Origin: Paraspadella gotoi
Lineage: Eukaryota > Animalia > Chaetognatha
Length of the DNA stretch: 64,000 nucleotides
Reading direction: 5' to 3'
NCBI GenBank assembly: GCA_051294375.1
Contig: CM119266.1
Coordinates: 10,869,834 to 10,933,833 of the forward strand
Shown here: in pieces, positions 19,478 to 34,030 of the stretch
Numbering within the stretch: the stretch's first letter is position 1
Layout of the letters: the number at the start of each line of letters is the position of its first letter
Translations under genes and position numbers: made by a program
The notes under the pieces: model-generated
What the model saw: the letters and a program-made list of their open reading frames with translations, nothing else
Told to the model about the DNA's origin: nothing
Database searches by the model: none

Positions 19478-20039
19478 GAGCGAGAGAGAGAGAAGAGAAG
19501 AGAAAATCTAAAACAAATAGAGGCAGTAAAAAGTGGGAGCTGGTCGAGCAAATGATTCGGAAGAAGAAAGAGAAGGAGACTTGGGAAATTTTCAACGCGT
19601 AGTGAGGGAAGAGGGGGGGGAGAGAGGAATAAGAGGGGTGATAAATAAGAGGGGGATTGAGGGAAGAGGGGGAGAGAGGAAATAAGAGGGGGGGTAAAAT
19701 GATGAAGGAAGAAAACAATAAAGATAACTAGAATTCTTCCTCTCTCGGTTCACAATATTAAAAAAATGTGAAAGTACAAAATTAGATAAATAGCAAACAA
19801 AATAGGTACGGATAGATACAGACAAAAAATCTCGAGCTCTTGTCTTTTTTTCACACGTGAGAAAAAGAACATAAAAACATAAAAAAAAAAGAAAAGGAAA
19901 AGAGAAAACAAAAGGGAAAGCTTCATCTCTTGGCCCTCCTCATAAAAAAATAGAAAAGGAAAAAGAGAAAACAAAGGAAAAGTCCATCTCTTGCCTCCTC
20001 CTAACTGCCTGGCGTCGTCGTCGAAGAGAAGAGAGAGAG

Positions 20040-20075
<36 letters not shown>

Positions 20076-20491
20076 GAGAGAGAGGAGAGATAAGAGAGAG
20101 AGATGAGAGAGAGAGAGAGAGAGAGAGAAAGCGCGAAGATGGCGATTTATTCGCCGTTCAATAAACTTTTCACTTCCAGCGGGTCGCAGTTGCAGAGGAG
20201 GGCCTGGGATTGATGGGGGTAAATCGTCTCTTGCCGCGGTCGGTTTGCCGTGAGCGTTTGGAAGGAGTGCGCGGTAAAATGGAGGCGAGTTTGAGATTTA
20301 GAGAACTGATGATTGACATTTAAACGAAGAAAAAAAAATATATCCACTGAAAAAAAAAAAAAAACTAAATCAATAAAAAAAATATAAAAAATCTAGAGGA
20401 AAGGAGGAAAAGGATCTTAAAATATAAAAAAGGAAAAAAGAAAGGAAACAGAAAAAAAAACTTCGCTGATTCGTCGACGATTCATTCGTGG

Positions 20492-20672
20492 CCAATAAAC
20501 GCGTTTAATTTCCTTGTCCCCACCAATCAACGCTTAGATTCTTCGACCAATCATCGCCTTTCGACTCCGTTTTTCCCCCTCAATCCAATCAGAGCGCCCA
20601 TTGGCCACAATTATCAGAGAAACCAATCGGGACGACGCGTCGCTTCCTATTTTCTTCAACCTCTCCTCCAAT
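20492..20672. promoter_or_regulatory. Homotypic CCAAT-box (NF-Y-type) cluster, version A (7 boxes)
   Basis: CCAAT at 20492, 20523, 20547, 20585, 20623 and 20668; ATTGG at 20600. Confidence 0.55.
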
Positions 20673-20929
20673 CGTAGTCGCGCCGGCCAAAGCCTGGTAC
20701 CGATTGCTGGCCGGCCCGAACTCGAACGCCTCCACCGGGCGCTTTCTTTTCTTTCTCTCTTCACTCTCTCCCTCTCTCTCTACGCGAGCACACTGAAAAG
20801 AAACGACCGCGACAGAGGGTGCCATACATCCTCATTCTCACCGAGAAAGAATGACAAACACAACGAATATCACGTCCATTACGACCGAACGAGGAATTTC
20901 GAAGTTCCTGTTTCCCACTTCGCTCTTCT

Positions 20930-21140
20930 TTTCCTCCCTTTTCGTCCTCTTCCTCCCCTTTCTTCCTTATTCTCCCCTTTTCTCCTCTTTCTCCTTTTCT
21001 TCCTCTTTCCTCCCCTTTCTTCCCTTTCCTCCCTTTTCTTCCTCTTTTCCTCCCCTTTCTTCTCTTTCTCCCCTTATTCGTCCTCTTTCCTCCCCTTTCT
21101 TCCTCTTTCCTCCCCTTTTCGTCTCTTTCCCCCCTTTCTC
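20930..21140 (+). repeat. 21-bp polypyrimidine VNTR (TTTCCTCCCCTTTTCKTCCTC), ~10 noisy units, version A
   Basis: Same unit as 44645-44786 but a longer array. Confidence 0.75.
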
Positions 21141-22578
21141 CTTCCTCCTTTTTTCCTCCTTCGTCTTTCGATTCGATTCCGTCTGAGAGAGCGATTGGAA
21201 TTTCGCCTCGAGGCTACGAAGGTTTCGACGCCGCGAGATCGAAACGTCCGACCGAAGTCGGGGTTTGTTTGAGGACTGGGAGGGGGGGAATGAGCTTGCT
21301 TGAGGGAGTCGGCATGCGAGTCTAGATATTTACACCACACTATTGGATTTTAATAACTATTTATATATTAATATATCTCCTCAGTGTGTGAAGAAACATT
21401 TATTCAAGCAAATAATTTGGTAATAATGACGATTCTTTAGTCGCGCTATATACTAAATCCACTAGAATGTTCAATCCTTTCTGTGGATAAAAGACGAGAG
21501 AAATTAAAGTTTCTTTGCTACTGAATTGAAGAGACGAATAAAAGTCGTCTCAAGAGAAAAACAAGAAACGAGGTTTCCTTCGGATTGTGGAGTTGAATTT
21601 TTATCGGAGATCTGGCTTCGTCGTAAGAGGTTTAAAATTGAATCAGTGTTTGTTCGCGATGGATTTACTACGACTGGAAGGTTGAAGATTTTCACCGTTG
21701 GTATTTTACCTCATCTTGATCCGAAACCGCTTTTTCTTCAAAAGACTGCACATTAAAAAGATCTTTGCACAAAAGCTACCTTAAAAACATCACCGGCTTG
21801 TGTACATCGTTCTCGTCCCACAAATAAACGTAAAAACATCAGCAAGACCCGAAGAAGAAAACATTAACCAAAAAACCTAGAAGAAGACACAACGAAACAA
21901 AGCTGAAAAAAAATCCGTTCCTAGAAAAAAAGCTTTCTTCCTTCCGTTTTTACGAATACGAAAAAGAGGGATTTAATTCGAGCGGAGAGCGAGCGAATGT
22001 GAAAACCAGAACAAGAGGAGAGAGAGAGAGAGTAGAGAGGGGAAAGAGAGAGAGAGAGAGAGAGAGAAAGTGGTGAAAAAAGGGAGCTAAATTTTCGAAG
22101 CGGAAGAATGTCGGCGCATGATGAGAATCATCTCTTCAAATCAAACCCGGAAAAACGAGAACGGGCAACAAAAAACGACGGGGGGGGGTGGATGTGGGGG
22201 AGGTGGGGGGAAGGTGGGGGGGGGGTCGGAGGAAAACCTTTTTTTTCTTCAATTTTTATTCTTGAATAATTTTTTCATTTCACTTGTTTTTATATTTAAA
22301 GCGAAACTACATCGGAAATTAAAAACAAATACTTTTTTTAGTCAACATTTTTCAATGGGGTTTTTTTCAATTGTTCTGGTTGGTTGGAAAATCACGGTAC
22401 AGTATTAGAATTCAAATATTTAGTATTTCCGTCCCGGTGTCCTATCTTTGTTTCTCGTCGTCATGCGTCGTCGAGTCGTCGTCGTCGTCGATTTTCACAA
22501 AGAAATAATTCTTGAATCGGAACAGCGCACAACAGGCGAACATAAGGGAAGAGGGGGCGGCGATTTGGTTGTTTGAGG

Positions 22579-22630
<52 letters not shown>

Positions 22631-25600
22631 TCTCTCTTCTCTCTCCTCTCTCTCTTCTCCTCTCTCTCTCTCTGAAACATAAGTCTGCCTTCAAAGATGA
22701 TCCCAGTCGTCGTTGCATTTCATTTCACACAAGAGAGAAATAACATTCTTACCTGGTTCGACGACAGTGGCGAGAATGGAAAAAAAAGGAAAGAAAGAAA
22801 AATAGATAAAACGTTAGTCTTATTTTCGATTATTTATATCGCGCGAAAATCATTAACGTCGAACGTAAAGTGAAAATATAAATGAAAAATTTTATAAGAG
22901 TAAACAAACCCTTAAATATTAACGTTTAATTATTTTTTTATATCATAAAAATATATTATATTTGCTAAAAATAAAACAAAAAGCGAGAAATGGAAGCGTC
23001 CAACTTCTCTCTCCTCAGAGACGCAAATTATTCGGAAGAACATCGGAGATTCGGTGGACGTTCGACTCTCACGACACTTTTGACGCCACTACTCTTTTCT
23101 TCTTCCTCTTATCTCCTTCCTCGCCTATCTTTTCCCTTCCCTCTTTTAGCCTCCTCTCTCTCTCTCTCCTCTAGTCTCCTTCTTCTCATTTTATCTTTTT
23201 CTCTTTTTTATCTTCTCCTCTTCTATTCTGCCCTATCTCTTCTCTTCTCCTCTTCTCTTCTCTTCTTTCTCTGCTCTTCTCTTCTCCTCTCTGCTCCTCT
23301 CCTCCCATCTTTTTCTTTTTCCCTTTTCCATTTTACTTTCCCTTCTCTCCCACCACCCCCTCCTTCAAACCCCGGACCCCCACCCACAAAACCCCTCCAA
23401 AAACAAGGATCCGTTTCGAAATAAATGGCATTTTTCCCAGTTTTCGGCCTTTTGTATCTCGTCAGGTTCAGAGGATCGAGGTTAAAGGTTTGTTTTTCCA
23501 ATGCGCCATTAGATTCTGGCAGAATTTTTTATGACATCCTCGGTGTCTCCAACAAAGCACATTTGCGGGAGAAGAGGAGAGAGAGGGGGGGGTATGCGAG
23601 AGAGAGAGCAGCGATAGGGTTATGGAAGGAAGGGGAATTAATGAGAAAAATAGAGGGCAGAAAGAATGGGGCGTAGAGAAGAAGAGGAGAAGAGATGAGA
23701 GAAGAGAAAGAGATGAAGGAGAGAGAGAGAGAGAGAGATAGAGATAAGAAGAGAGAGAGAGAGAAGTATGGAAGGAAAGGGATCGAGTTTGAATATCCGA
23801 GAAGAAAGAAATAAAATCGCAGAATTTGGCGAACAGGAGTTTTCCGCCATAAAGAAATTCCGCCGCTGATTTTTCATCTGACGGATATCAATATCTTTCA
23901 ACTCACCTCACTTCTGCGCCGAAATTCGTAAACGAGGGCTCGTCTTAAATTAAATTCGCCAATTTTTCTCTCTTCATCCCATTTTTTAAAAACGATTTTC
24001 AACTCGCGAAATTTCCCGACAGAATTTGTCTCTCAATTCCGAGATCGTTTGGTGAAACGAACCCCTGAATCCCTTGAAGAGTTAAGGCCAGGATCATCTC
24101 ATAACTGTACCTCTTCTCTTTACCTTTCCCTATCTCTCTTTTCGCATCTACATGGACCCCGTAAATACTTTTACCTTCTGCTTTATTTCTCAAGCTTCTT
24201 TTCTATATTTTCCCACCAAGACTGTCGTCGTCAGCATTTCTAATATAGTTAAAAATTTGACGGGAAAATATCCTGCGTTTAAAATTCTGCGCTTAAACTT
24301 TCCTTATTTAATAAAAAATAACCCAATTTGAATGAATGCTTTGCAAACATTTGATCGAATTTGCGACTCGAAACTTAGGAGTCAATGACAGAGTTGCCGG
24401 CTTCATTCTTTCTTCTTCAGCGGCGAATCCGCCCGACACCTCGTTTCCAACTCAACGGATCGGAGCCTGCGTTTCAAAATTCGGCAGGGAAAAGCGTGAT
24501 TGGAATTTCGATGCCGATTAAGTTTCACGTCTTTCTGCACCATAGAACCGCGTCGACGAGTTTTTTTGCCGAAAAAGAGACGAGTCCGACACGTAGCGAC
24601 GACGAGACCGAAATCGACGACACGAATGACCCGAAATCGGAGGGTAAGTCCTCATCGCGCATACGAATGGCTGCTGACCTCCTTTTTTTTCCTCTCTCTC
24701 TTCCGGCGGGAAAGGTAAAAGAGAAGACGACGTCTCGATCGGCGGTGTCTCGCGCCAAGGCGAGTCAACGTCGGCAAAGACCCGACGACCGGCTGACAAA
24801 GCGGCACGCCTGACCGTGGCTCAAAGCGACGATGCCGAAGGGAGGCCAATGAACGCGGAAAAAGCCTACGAGGTGGGAAGCGAGGGAGAACATTCTTCGA
24901 AAGTGGCAACTTGACATGGTAATGAAAGTGCAAGTTTGGGAGGAAAGTGGATGTTTTAAGAGGGCTAAACCTGGACCTATCGGAGCTTTCGAGAAACCGA
25001 GTTTACGAAACAAGTTTTGTTTTAACCCGATTTGACACGGTACCGTCTTCCAAGCTTTTCAACAGTTCTGAAATGCTGTTTCTTACTGAGTGAAAGCTTT
25101 AAAATAAAAAAGGGAATTTTTAGCGCTAGTTCTCGGTTTCAAGTATTTAAGCCGTAAATTTAGTACCTTTCTGCTTCCTTTTCATTGTATAAACAAACCT
25201 GAAAGAAAATATGAATACATAAAAAAAAAAGTCATTTTCTATCGACCGCCCAATAAAAATTAAAAGTCGCGCCGACGTTTTGAATTCTATCTGTCAGAAA
25301 AAGTCGTCTGCATTTCGACTTCCAAAACGGACGATTGAAGTTTTCCTTTTTTCTCTGGTTCGACGTTAGAAAACGACATCCAGCGCGCCTGACCGCATGT
25401 GGGAGTAGTGTCGGCGTCTTGACCTTTAAAAATGCGTCAATGTCGCGTCGATCCGTCATTGCCGTGGCGAAAAAAAAGAGACACCAATCATGTTTACAAT
25501 GAGCATGATTAAGCAAGAACATATTCATACGACCCTTCCTGGAATCATCCGCGCCATCTGTTCTCTCATTTTTTTCTCTCTCTCTTTCGTCTTCTTTTCT

Positions 25601-25940
25601 CTCTCCCTGTGTCTCTCTTTCTCTCTATGTGTCTCAAAGAAATGTCATGCAAAGCCGTCGTATTTCTTGTGACCGAGAGGCGATAGAAAATCGTCGTACG
25701 TCCGTCCGTCGTCGTTTTCGGTCGTCGTCGTTCCGTCCGTCCGTCGTCGTCGAAAGTACGGACCATTGACCAATCCGTACTCTGATTTCGACTCCGACCT
25801 AATCACTCGTGATCTCGTTTGGAAAAAAATCACATCATCGATTTTCATCACCACCCCTTTTCTCAACCTTGAATAACTCCTTCAAGACTAGTTCAGGCTC
25901 TCTCCTCTCTCTGCTCTCTCTCTCTTCTCTCTCTTCTCTC

Positions 25941-25989
<49 letters not shown>

Positions 25990-26883
25990 GCATCTCCGAG
26001 ATCGCAGGCAGAAATCCAAGAAGAAATGAAGAAAAGGTGAAAAGTATCCCAGGAGAAGCAAGGATGACAATCCTCCCCTGGGGATGAGGAGAGGAGCAGA
26101 TAGAAGAGCCGGAGAGGAGGAGGTAAGGACTGATGACCGCGTCTCTGGAATTCGAGGCGGGAACTTGATAAGAAGGAATGGAGGAGGGGGAGGAGGAAGG
26201 AGGAAAGGAGATAGTTAGAAGAGAGGAAGTGAGGATTGGACGAAACAAGTGGCCAGAGGAGGGAGAGGAGAGTTAGAGGGGACGAGAAGAGGAAAAGAAA
26301 AGGAAGGAAGGAAAGGAAATGGATGGGAGGAAGTGGAAGAGGAAAATGGAGAGGAAAGAATGGAAAAAGAGAATAGTAACAGATGAACGTGTAAAAGAAA
26401 GGGTGTCGGGGAGAAAGACATGGAGGAATATGTACGAAGAAGAGGGAAAAGCCCACTAGTGAAGGGGAAGAGGACAAGAGAAATGAGGAAGTTGGACCTT
26501 CGGCAGGGAGGATAAAGAAGAGGAGAGAGAGAGAGAGTTCAGGGGAAGCGTATCTACAAAAATTCAAGACGTCGACCCATCATTAACGCCGTCTGCTGAA
26601 TAAATGAAAACCGAAGTCCGTGGGATGAATTTTGAGGAGAGAGGTGAGATGCGAGGAGAGAAGAGAGGAAGAGAGATGAGAGGAAGAGAGAGGAGAGAGA
26701 GGACGAGAGGAGAGAAAAGAGAGAGAGAGGACTTGTGACGACAAGCACTACCATAACATGAAGCCTTGTAGCGTATTTTGAAACCTCCTCCACTGCCTAC
26801 GGAAAACCATTAAACCCCTCCACCCAAACATGTTATTATTCGCCTCTCTCTCCCGTTCACTCTTCTGCTATCTAACTGTTTCC

Positions 26884-26939
<56 letters not shown>

Positions 26940-27775
26940 TTCTCTCTCTTCTCTTCTCTCTCTCTCTCTCTTCTCTCTCCTCTCTCTCTTCTCGTCTCTC
27001 TCTCTCTCTCTCCCTCCTTCCAGAGAACGGCAGCAGCTTCAGTCCGCTCGAATCGTCAAGGAATTCGCTTTTATTTTTCTCTTCGATGGCCGATTATCAA
27101 CTCGGATGCATCAACATCAAAATCAATATCATCAACATCAAACATCAACATCCTCTCCCACTTCCGCGTTGAGTTGACGACATAGGTTGAGGGGAATATG
27201 TAAGGGTTAAGAGAGAGAGTGACGAAATAAGTAGGATATTAAAATAAATTCATTTTAATATACGAATCAAGTTTACTAATAAGCCAATAAGATAACGTGG
27301 GCCAAAAAAGCCCAAAAATATCATTTTTTCTACAGTCTGATTAACATTGGCTTAATTCTTATTTCTAGACATGCTCGGCTAGCTCAAATTGTAAGGCCTA
27401 TGAGCCGCGGTGAGCTAATATGTGAAGTTACTCGTCTATTTTAATTTCCGCCCGTGCTAACTTCATCATTGTTATCGTCCTTGGCTAATTTACGGCGGTA
27501 ATTGAATTGTTTTGAAGGGAATAAAAAACGGGTGAGGCAAAGAAAGAGAAAGAAAGTGAGTCAAAGAAAAAAACAACCCGTGAAAGACGCCTGATACAAA
27601 GTTCTTGAACGCGACTTCGAGACGAGGTCGAAGGCGAGCAAGGACGCGAGGGATCGGCCCAAAATAGATTAATAGGGTGGTTTGTGTGGTTAGGTGGGTC
27701 ACAGCGGTGGGTAAACGCGGCAGCGAACAGAGCGTGTAATGATAGAATGGCTCTCTCTCTTCTCTCCTCGTCTTA

Positions 27776-27861
<86 letters not shown>

Positions 27862-29028
27862 CTCTCTTTATGAGAAGGAATCGGGCTCTCTAATATCGAG
27901 CGCGAAGAACTCGAGAGAAACTCGCGTTAAAAAGTCGTCGCTCTCCGCTGAGTAGAATGTCGTCCAAGATAGAGAGTGGAAAATTATGAGAGTCGACTGT
28001 CAAGTTTCGAGAACATCGCGAGCAGAACGATTGAGAGTCAAGCCCGCGAAGAATATAGGAGAGTGGATCGTTTCGGACCGTGCGCATCTGCGACAAACTC
28101 GTTCATTATCAATGAATGAGGGGTGAAGACTCGGCGGCGGCGGATGAAGCTCGTAACCCGTAATCCTATCGGAATCCGCAACCACATCAGGAGAGAGGAC
28201 GCGTCGTCGTCGTGCGTCGTCGTCGTCGTCGTCCCATACGCTGTTTTGTTCGACAAACATCTGTTTTCGTTTCCTACTTTATTTCTCTTGTAATCTGTCA
28301 CTCTTAATAAAGAAATATTTTCTAATTCTAACAGTTAAATGTTATCATACGGCATTCACTGGAGAAAAAAAAGAGAGAACGACAAACAATTGAAAGCTTT
28401 AGAAAGCGACGGGATTTAAAAAACGCGGCATAATGCAGACGCGCGGCACAAATTACGACAGCGTAGCGCGACTCGCGGTGGGCGACAGCGTAGTCGTCGG
28501 TGTCGGCGATCAGCGTAGCGCGTTGGCGACGGAACGAATTTCCCTAATGGGCGTTGGCTAATGACGTCGATATGTCGTGCGCCTTGCCGTCGTCGTCGGT
28601 TGTCCGTCGTCGTCGTCGTCGTCATGGACTCGTGTATTGAGGCAATTTTTGGGAAATTTTTACTGATATGCATTGACTTAACAAACCCGGCGCGGACTTG
28701 CGAATTATTGCGAAAAAAACAGAATGTTATTTCCACCCCTAGCCAGAGTAATTAATAAAAGAAAAAACTTTGCGTTTCCGACATAGCTGCTGTATATTAA
28801 ACACAGAGTTGTGCGTCGGATATTGGTGTACGAGGTTCGCTCCGTCTTTTGAGGACAATTTTTAAGCGCCGATCGCATTTAAAAGTACAACGATTGAAAT
28901 GATGAATAAAAAAAATAGTACATGTACGAATTAAGTTAACCTTTAGTATATTATGCCTAACATTTTGAGAAGATAATTAGTGTTTTATTTCTCCTCTCTT
29001 CTCTTCTCTCTCTCTCTCTTCCTCTCTC

Positions 29029-29088
<60 letters not shown>

Positions 29089-30155
29089 TCTCTCTTGGGA
29101 GATCCATTGAAAAGTCCTGGCGTTAAAAAGTCTGAAGGACATCGGTGATCAAAATTAACCATAACTACGCGTCTGACTCTTACGAGGCTTGTAATTCTGT
29201 CACGCTAATCCCGCTGTCATTTCTAACCTTGGCGCTGTCGCTCGCCGGCGCCGGGATGGAGGAAAAGAGTAATTGGGTGTAGATCGACAATCAGTTCAAA
29301 ATTAGAAAAAAGAGCGAGTAGAATAATTAACTTAAATCAACGATATTAAACTATAAAGAAGGAATTATACGAAAATAAACAAAGTTCTTTCAGGCAGCGA
29401 CAACGAAATAAAAATTCAACAGAATCAAAAGAAGAGAGAAAATACTATTACAACTCCAGCCGGGAAGTAAAAAACGTAGCGTCTCGCTTGTAATTTAATT
29501 TTTTTATACAAAATAGCCAAAAAAAGTTACTATTATTTAAACCCAAAAATTGAAGAGAAAAGGAAAAAGAAGAGACGAAGTTAAAGAAACGAAAGGTGCG
29601 AAGCTCGTGGTTAGTGTGGTTAAAGACATTAAAAAAAAGAAAAAAAAAGGAAAAAAAAAAACGAAACAGCATCTTTTCTTCGCCAAAAAGCGACGTACAC
29701 GAGGAAAAGAATAATGAAATTTGCTAAGATAGAAACGAGAATCAAGATCATCCAAGATGAAAGATGAGAGAAGACGAAGACAGACTGATCTGATCGCTAT
29801 CGTACGCGTTGCCATGCGCACCATCAGAATAACTCATCGCTGAGACCACGCCGGAGTCGACTACCTCCGAATATATCGCGCCTCGTCGGCCTGCTCGCGC
29901 AACGTACACCCGGCTCCGAGTGTCGTGAGCTCTCACGAACACCTGTCGCGCTGAGTTCAGTCTAACTGTATCTCACTTTATGTGAGTGTATCCAATATAC
30001 CTGGTGTACACTTCTGGTTGCGGGCGGGGGCCGATCATACCGTCTGAAGCGTTCCAGCAACCTTGCTTCTGCGGATAGAGAGAGATGCAACGTCTCCACT
30101 GTCTGATCGGTCCGGAGGTCCCTTGGAGAAAGCCGTGTGGAGACGTGAGGACTAC

Positions 30156-30159
<4 letters not shown>

Positions 30160-30227
<68 letters not shown>

Positions 30228-30293
30228 AGAGAAGAGAAGTCTCAACTCCTTGTATCTCTCTCTTTCTTCTCCTCTCTCCTCTCTCTTTCTCTC

Positions 30294-30346
<53 letters not shown>

Positions 30347-31781
30347 GTCCTCTCTGCACTCTCTCCGTTCTTAGCCAATCTTTCGGATCTCATTCATTTT
30401 TCTTTTTCCTCGTGTGAGATCGTCGTCGTTTTTGGCGACGACGTTTTCGTTTTTTCTTTCTTTTTTTTCTTTTTTCCCTTTTACTTTTTCTTTCTTTAGT
30501 TCCTCTTCTTTCTTTTCTTCCAGTTTTTGGGTTAAATAATGTAACTTTTTTTGCTTATTTTTGTTAAAAAATTAATTTCAACGCACGTTTTCGCTGAGTT
30601 GTAATAATATTTTCTCTCTTTTTCTTAATTCTGTCTGAATTTCTATTCCCCTGAACTTCGATAATCCCCTTCCTTATATAGTTAATAAATGTATTATCCA
30701 TTATTATTCCCATCTACTTTTCTATTTGACTTGATTTGTCGAGTCTCACCCCATTCCTTAGCTTCCCATCCCCGGCTGACGACAGCGCCTAAACGTAGCT
30801 ATGAATGAGCAGGGATTAGCGGGTTGAACAGAACTATTACAGCCTCGGAAAGAGGTCATACGTCGGTATTACTGGAGTTACACTGACCCCGAGTCCCTTG
30901 GACTGTAACACCAGGCAGCTTTTTCAACGGTATCTCCCCAAGAGAGAGCTTTGAGAGAGCAGAGAGAGAGAGAGAGAGAGAGAGACGAGAAAGTCAGCAG
31001 AGAGAAGAGAGAGACGAGACGGAGAGAGAACTACGAGAGCCGCAGAGAGGAGAGCAAGAGAGAGAGAAATAGAACACTATATTTCTCAAAATTAGGATTA
31101 AAACTAAACAAGCAGTTAACTAATTAGACATGAAAACTATTTTTTTTATTCATCACTTCAATTTGTACTTTAATGCGCATCGCGCTTAAAATTTCAACAT
31201 CAAAAAAGACGAGCGACCTCTTCCCGACGCCACCAACTTTTTTAATTACACAATCGGAAAACAATTATCTTTATTAAATGACTCGGGGTGGAAAGAAAAA
31301 CATCTTGTTTTCGCAATATTCGCAACGTCCGCCCGGGTTCTGCGTTAGCGAATGCAATCAAGTAAAATTCCCCAAGAAATGTGCCTCAATACGAGTCCAC
31401 GACGACGACGACGACGACGACAACGACGCGACGGCAGCGCCGACATATCGCGTCAGTTTAGCAACGCTCATTAGGCGAAATCGTTCGTCGGCCACGCGCT
31501 CTCTGTTCGCCTCACCGCGCTACGCTGTCGCCACCGCGCCTACGCTGTCGCTACTTTCGATGCCGGCGCGTCGTCTGCATAGTGCCGCGTTATTTACAAT
31601 ACCCGTCCTTTCATTAGCTTTAATTGTTTGTCGTTTCTCTTTTTGTTCTCCAGTGACATGCGATAATGATAACATTAATTCGTTAGGAGATTTAGAAATT
31701 TTTCGTTAATGAAGAGTGACAGATTACAGAGAAATTAAGTAAGGAAACGAACGATGTTGTCGAACAAAACCAGAGCGTTGG

Positions 31782-31813
<32 letters not shown>

Positions 31814-32991
31814 CTCTCTCCCTGATCGTGGTGCGATCGTAGCGACTTCGGGTTAACGAGGCTTCATTCGCCGCGCCGAGTCTGTCCCCTGCATTCGATT
31901 GATCTGTGTTACTTAAGAGTGAGACGAGCTTTGTCGCCAGATCGCAAGCGTTCGAAACGATCCACTTCTCGTAATTCTCCGACGGTTCGACTCTCAACGT
32001 TCTGCTCGGATGCTCGAAACTGGACAGTCGATCTTCTAATTTCACTCCTATCTTGACGACATTCGTACTCGCGGAGAGTCCGGACGACTTTTTAACGGCG
32101 GTTCTCTCGAGTTCTCTCGCGCTCGATCAATGTAAAACGACGACGCCATTCCTTTCTACTAAGAGAAGAGAGAGAGAGAGAGGACGAGAGAGAGAGAGAG
32201 AGAGGAGAGAGATGAAGGTAGATAGAGAGAGAGAGAGAGAGAGAGAGAAATAAGAGAGAAGAGAGAGAGAGAGCCACTCTATCATCTCACACGGCTCTGT
32301 TTCGCGCGCGTTTACCACCTCAGACCACCTAAACCGACCCACACACCACCCTATATATCTTATTTTGCCGATTCCTCGAGTCTGCTCGCTCGTCGCGTCA
32401 CTTTGTCACCGGCGTCTTTCACCCGACTGTTTTCTTTCGACTCACTTTCTTCTCTTTCTTTGGCCTCACCCTTGGTGCATGCGCCTGACGCCGCGCGCGG
32501 ACATTTTTTTCCCTTCACAGTTTAATTACCGCCTAAATTAGCCAGAGCGAATACAATGATGAAGTTCAGCCAACGGGAATTAAAAATAGACGTAATTCAC
32601 ATATTAGCTCCACGAGGCTGCATTAGGCTTACATTCAGCTAGCGAGATGCTTAGAAATAGAATTAAGCAATGTTTAATTCAGGACTGTAGAAAAAAATAT
32701 ATTTTTGGCTTTTTTGCCCACTTAATCTTATTGGCTATTAGTAACTGTGATTCGTATATTTAAAATGAATTTAATTTATTAAGTCCACTTATTTCTGTCA
32801 CTCTCTTAACCCTTACCATTATTCCCCAATGTCGTCAAACGCGGAAGTCTGGATAGATGTTTGTGTTGAGTTATGATATTGATGTTGATGTTGATGCATC
32901 CGAGTTGATGGCATCGAAGAGAAAAAAAAGGAATGCTTGACGATTCCAGCTGCTCCCGCTCTGGAAGCGAGGGAGAAGAGAAGAAGGATGA

Positions 32992-33037
<46 letters not shown>

Positions 33038-33939
33038 ACGAAAGAGAGAGAGAGAGAGAGAGGAGAGAGGAGAAGAGACGAGAGAGAGAGAGAAGAAGGA
33101 AAACAGTTAGAAAAGAGTGAGGGAGGAAGGGGCGAATAAATAAAACTTGTTTGGGTGGAAGGGTTTAATGGTTTCGTAGGCAGTGAGGAAAGTTTCAAAA
33201 TACGCTACAAGGCTACATGTTATGGTAGGCTTGTCGTCACAGTCTCTCTCTCTCTCTCTTCTCTTTCGCTCTCGTCTCTCACTCTCTCTCTCTCTCTCTC
33301 TTCTCTCTCTCCCTCTCTCTCAATTCCAATCCACGGACCGGGTTTCATTTTTCAAGAGACGGCGTATGATTGGGTCGACGGGCTTGATTTTGTCAATACC
33401 TCCCCCTGGAGACTCTCTCTCTTCTCTCTCTTTCCCTCCTGCCGAAATCCAAGGCTCTCATTCTCTTGTCCGTCTTCCCTTCCACTTAGTGGCCTTTCCT
33501 CTTCTGTCGTCATTCCCATGTCTTCCGGACAACCCCTTTCCTTTTACGTTCATCTGTTACTTCCTCTTTTCCATTCTTTCCTCTCATTTGCCTCTTCCAC
33601 TCCTCCCATCCTTTCCTTTCCTCCTCCTTTTCTTCTTCCTCTTCTCCCCCCCTCCCCCCAACTCTCCTCCCTCCCTTCCACTTCTTTCTCCCAATCTTTC
33701 CCACTCTCCTCCTTCTACTCTCCTTTCCTCCTCTCCTCCCTCCTTTTCCTTTCCTTGCCTCCATCAAGCTTCGCTCGAATCCCCAGAGACGTGTCATCGC
33801 TCCTCCTCCTCCGTCTCCTCTTCTATCTCTCCCCCTCATCCCAGGGGGAGGATTCATCTCGCTTTTCTCCTGGGATACTTTTCCACGCTTTTCTTCATTT
33901 TCTTCTTGGATTTCTGCTGCGGATCTCGGACGGAATTGT

Positions 33940-33971
<32 letters not shown>

Positions 33972-33989
33972 GAGAGAGAGAGAAGAGAG

Positions 33990-34030
<41 letters not shown>

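Larger units (their letters stand above)
18190..29770 (+). repeat. Block 2, version A (~11.6 kb); repeated piecewise at 36194-54720 and inverted at 30160-36168
   Basis: Anchors, e.g. gaaagcgcgaagatggcgatttattcgccg (20127 vs 43812), cataagtctgccttcaaagatgatcccag (22678 vs 47827) and aagtttcacgtctttctgcaccatagaaccgcg (24520 vs 49704). Confidence 0.92.

Noticed and set aside
22180-22225. G-run cluster with G-quadruplex potential
   Set aside because: Homopolymer lengths are unreliable in this noisy sequence and such tracts are common here; no specific inference is possible.
29780-30155. GC-balanced random-looking patch at the fold-back centre (similar patch at 46930-47290) considered as an inserted gene or element
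   Set aside because: No coherent ORF, termini or homology. It sits exactly at a junction of redundant copies, as expected for a low-quality read segment.
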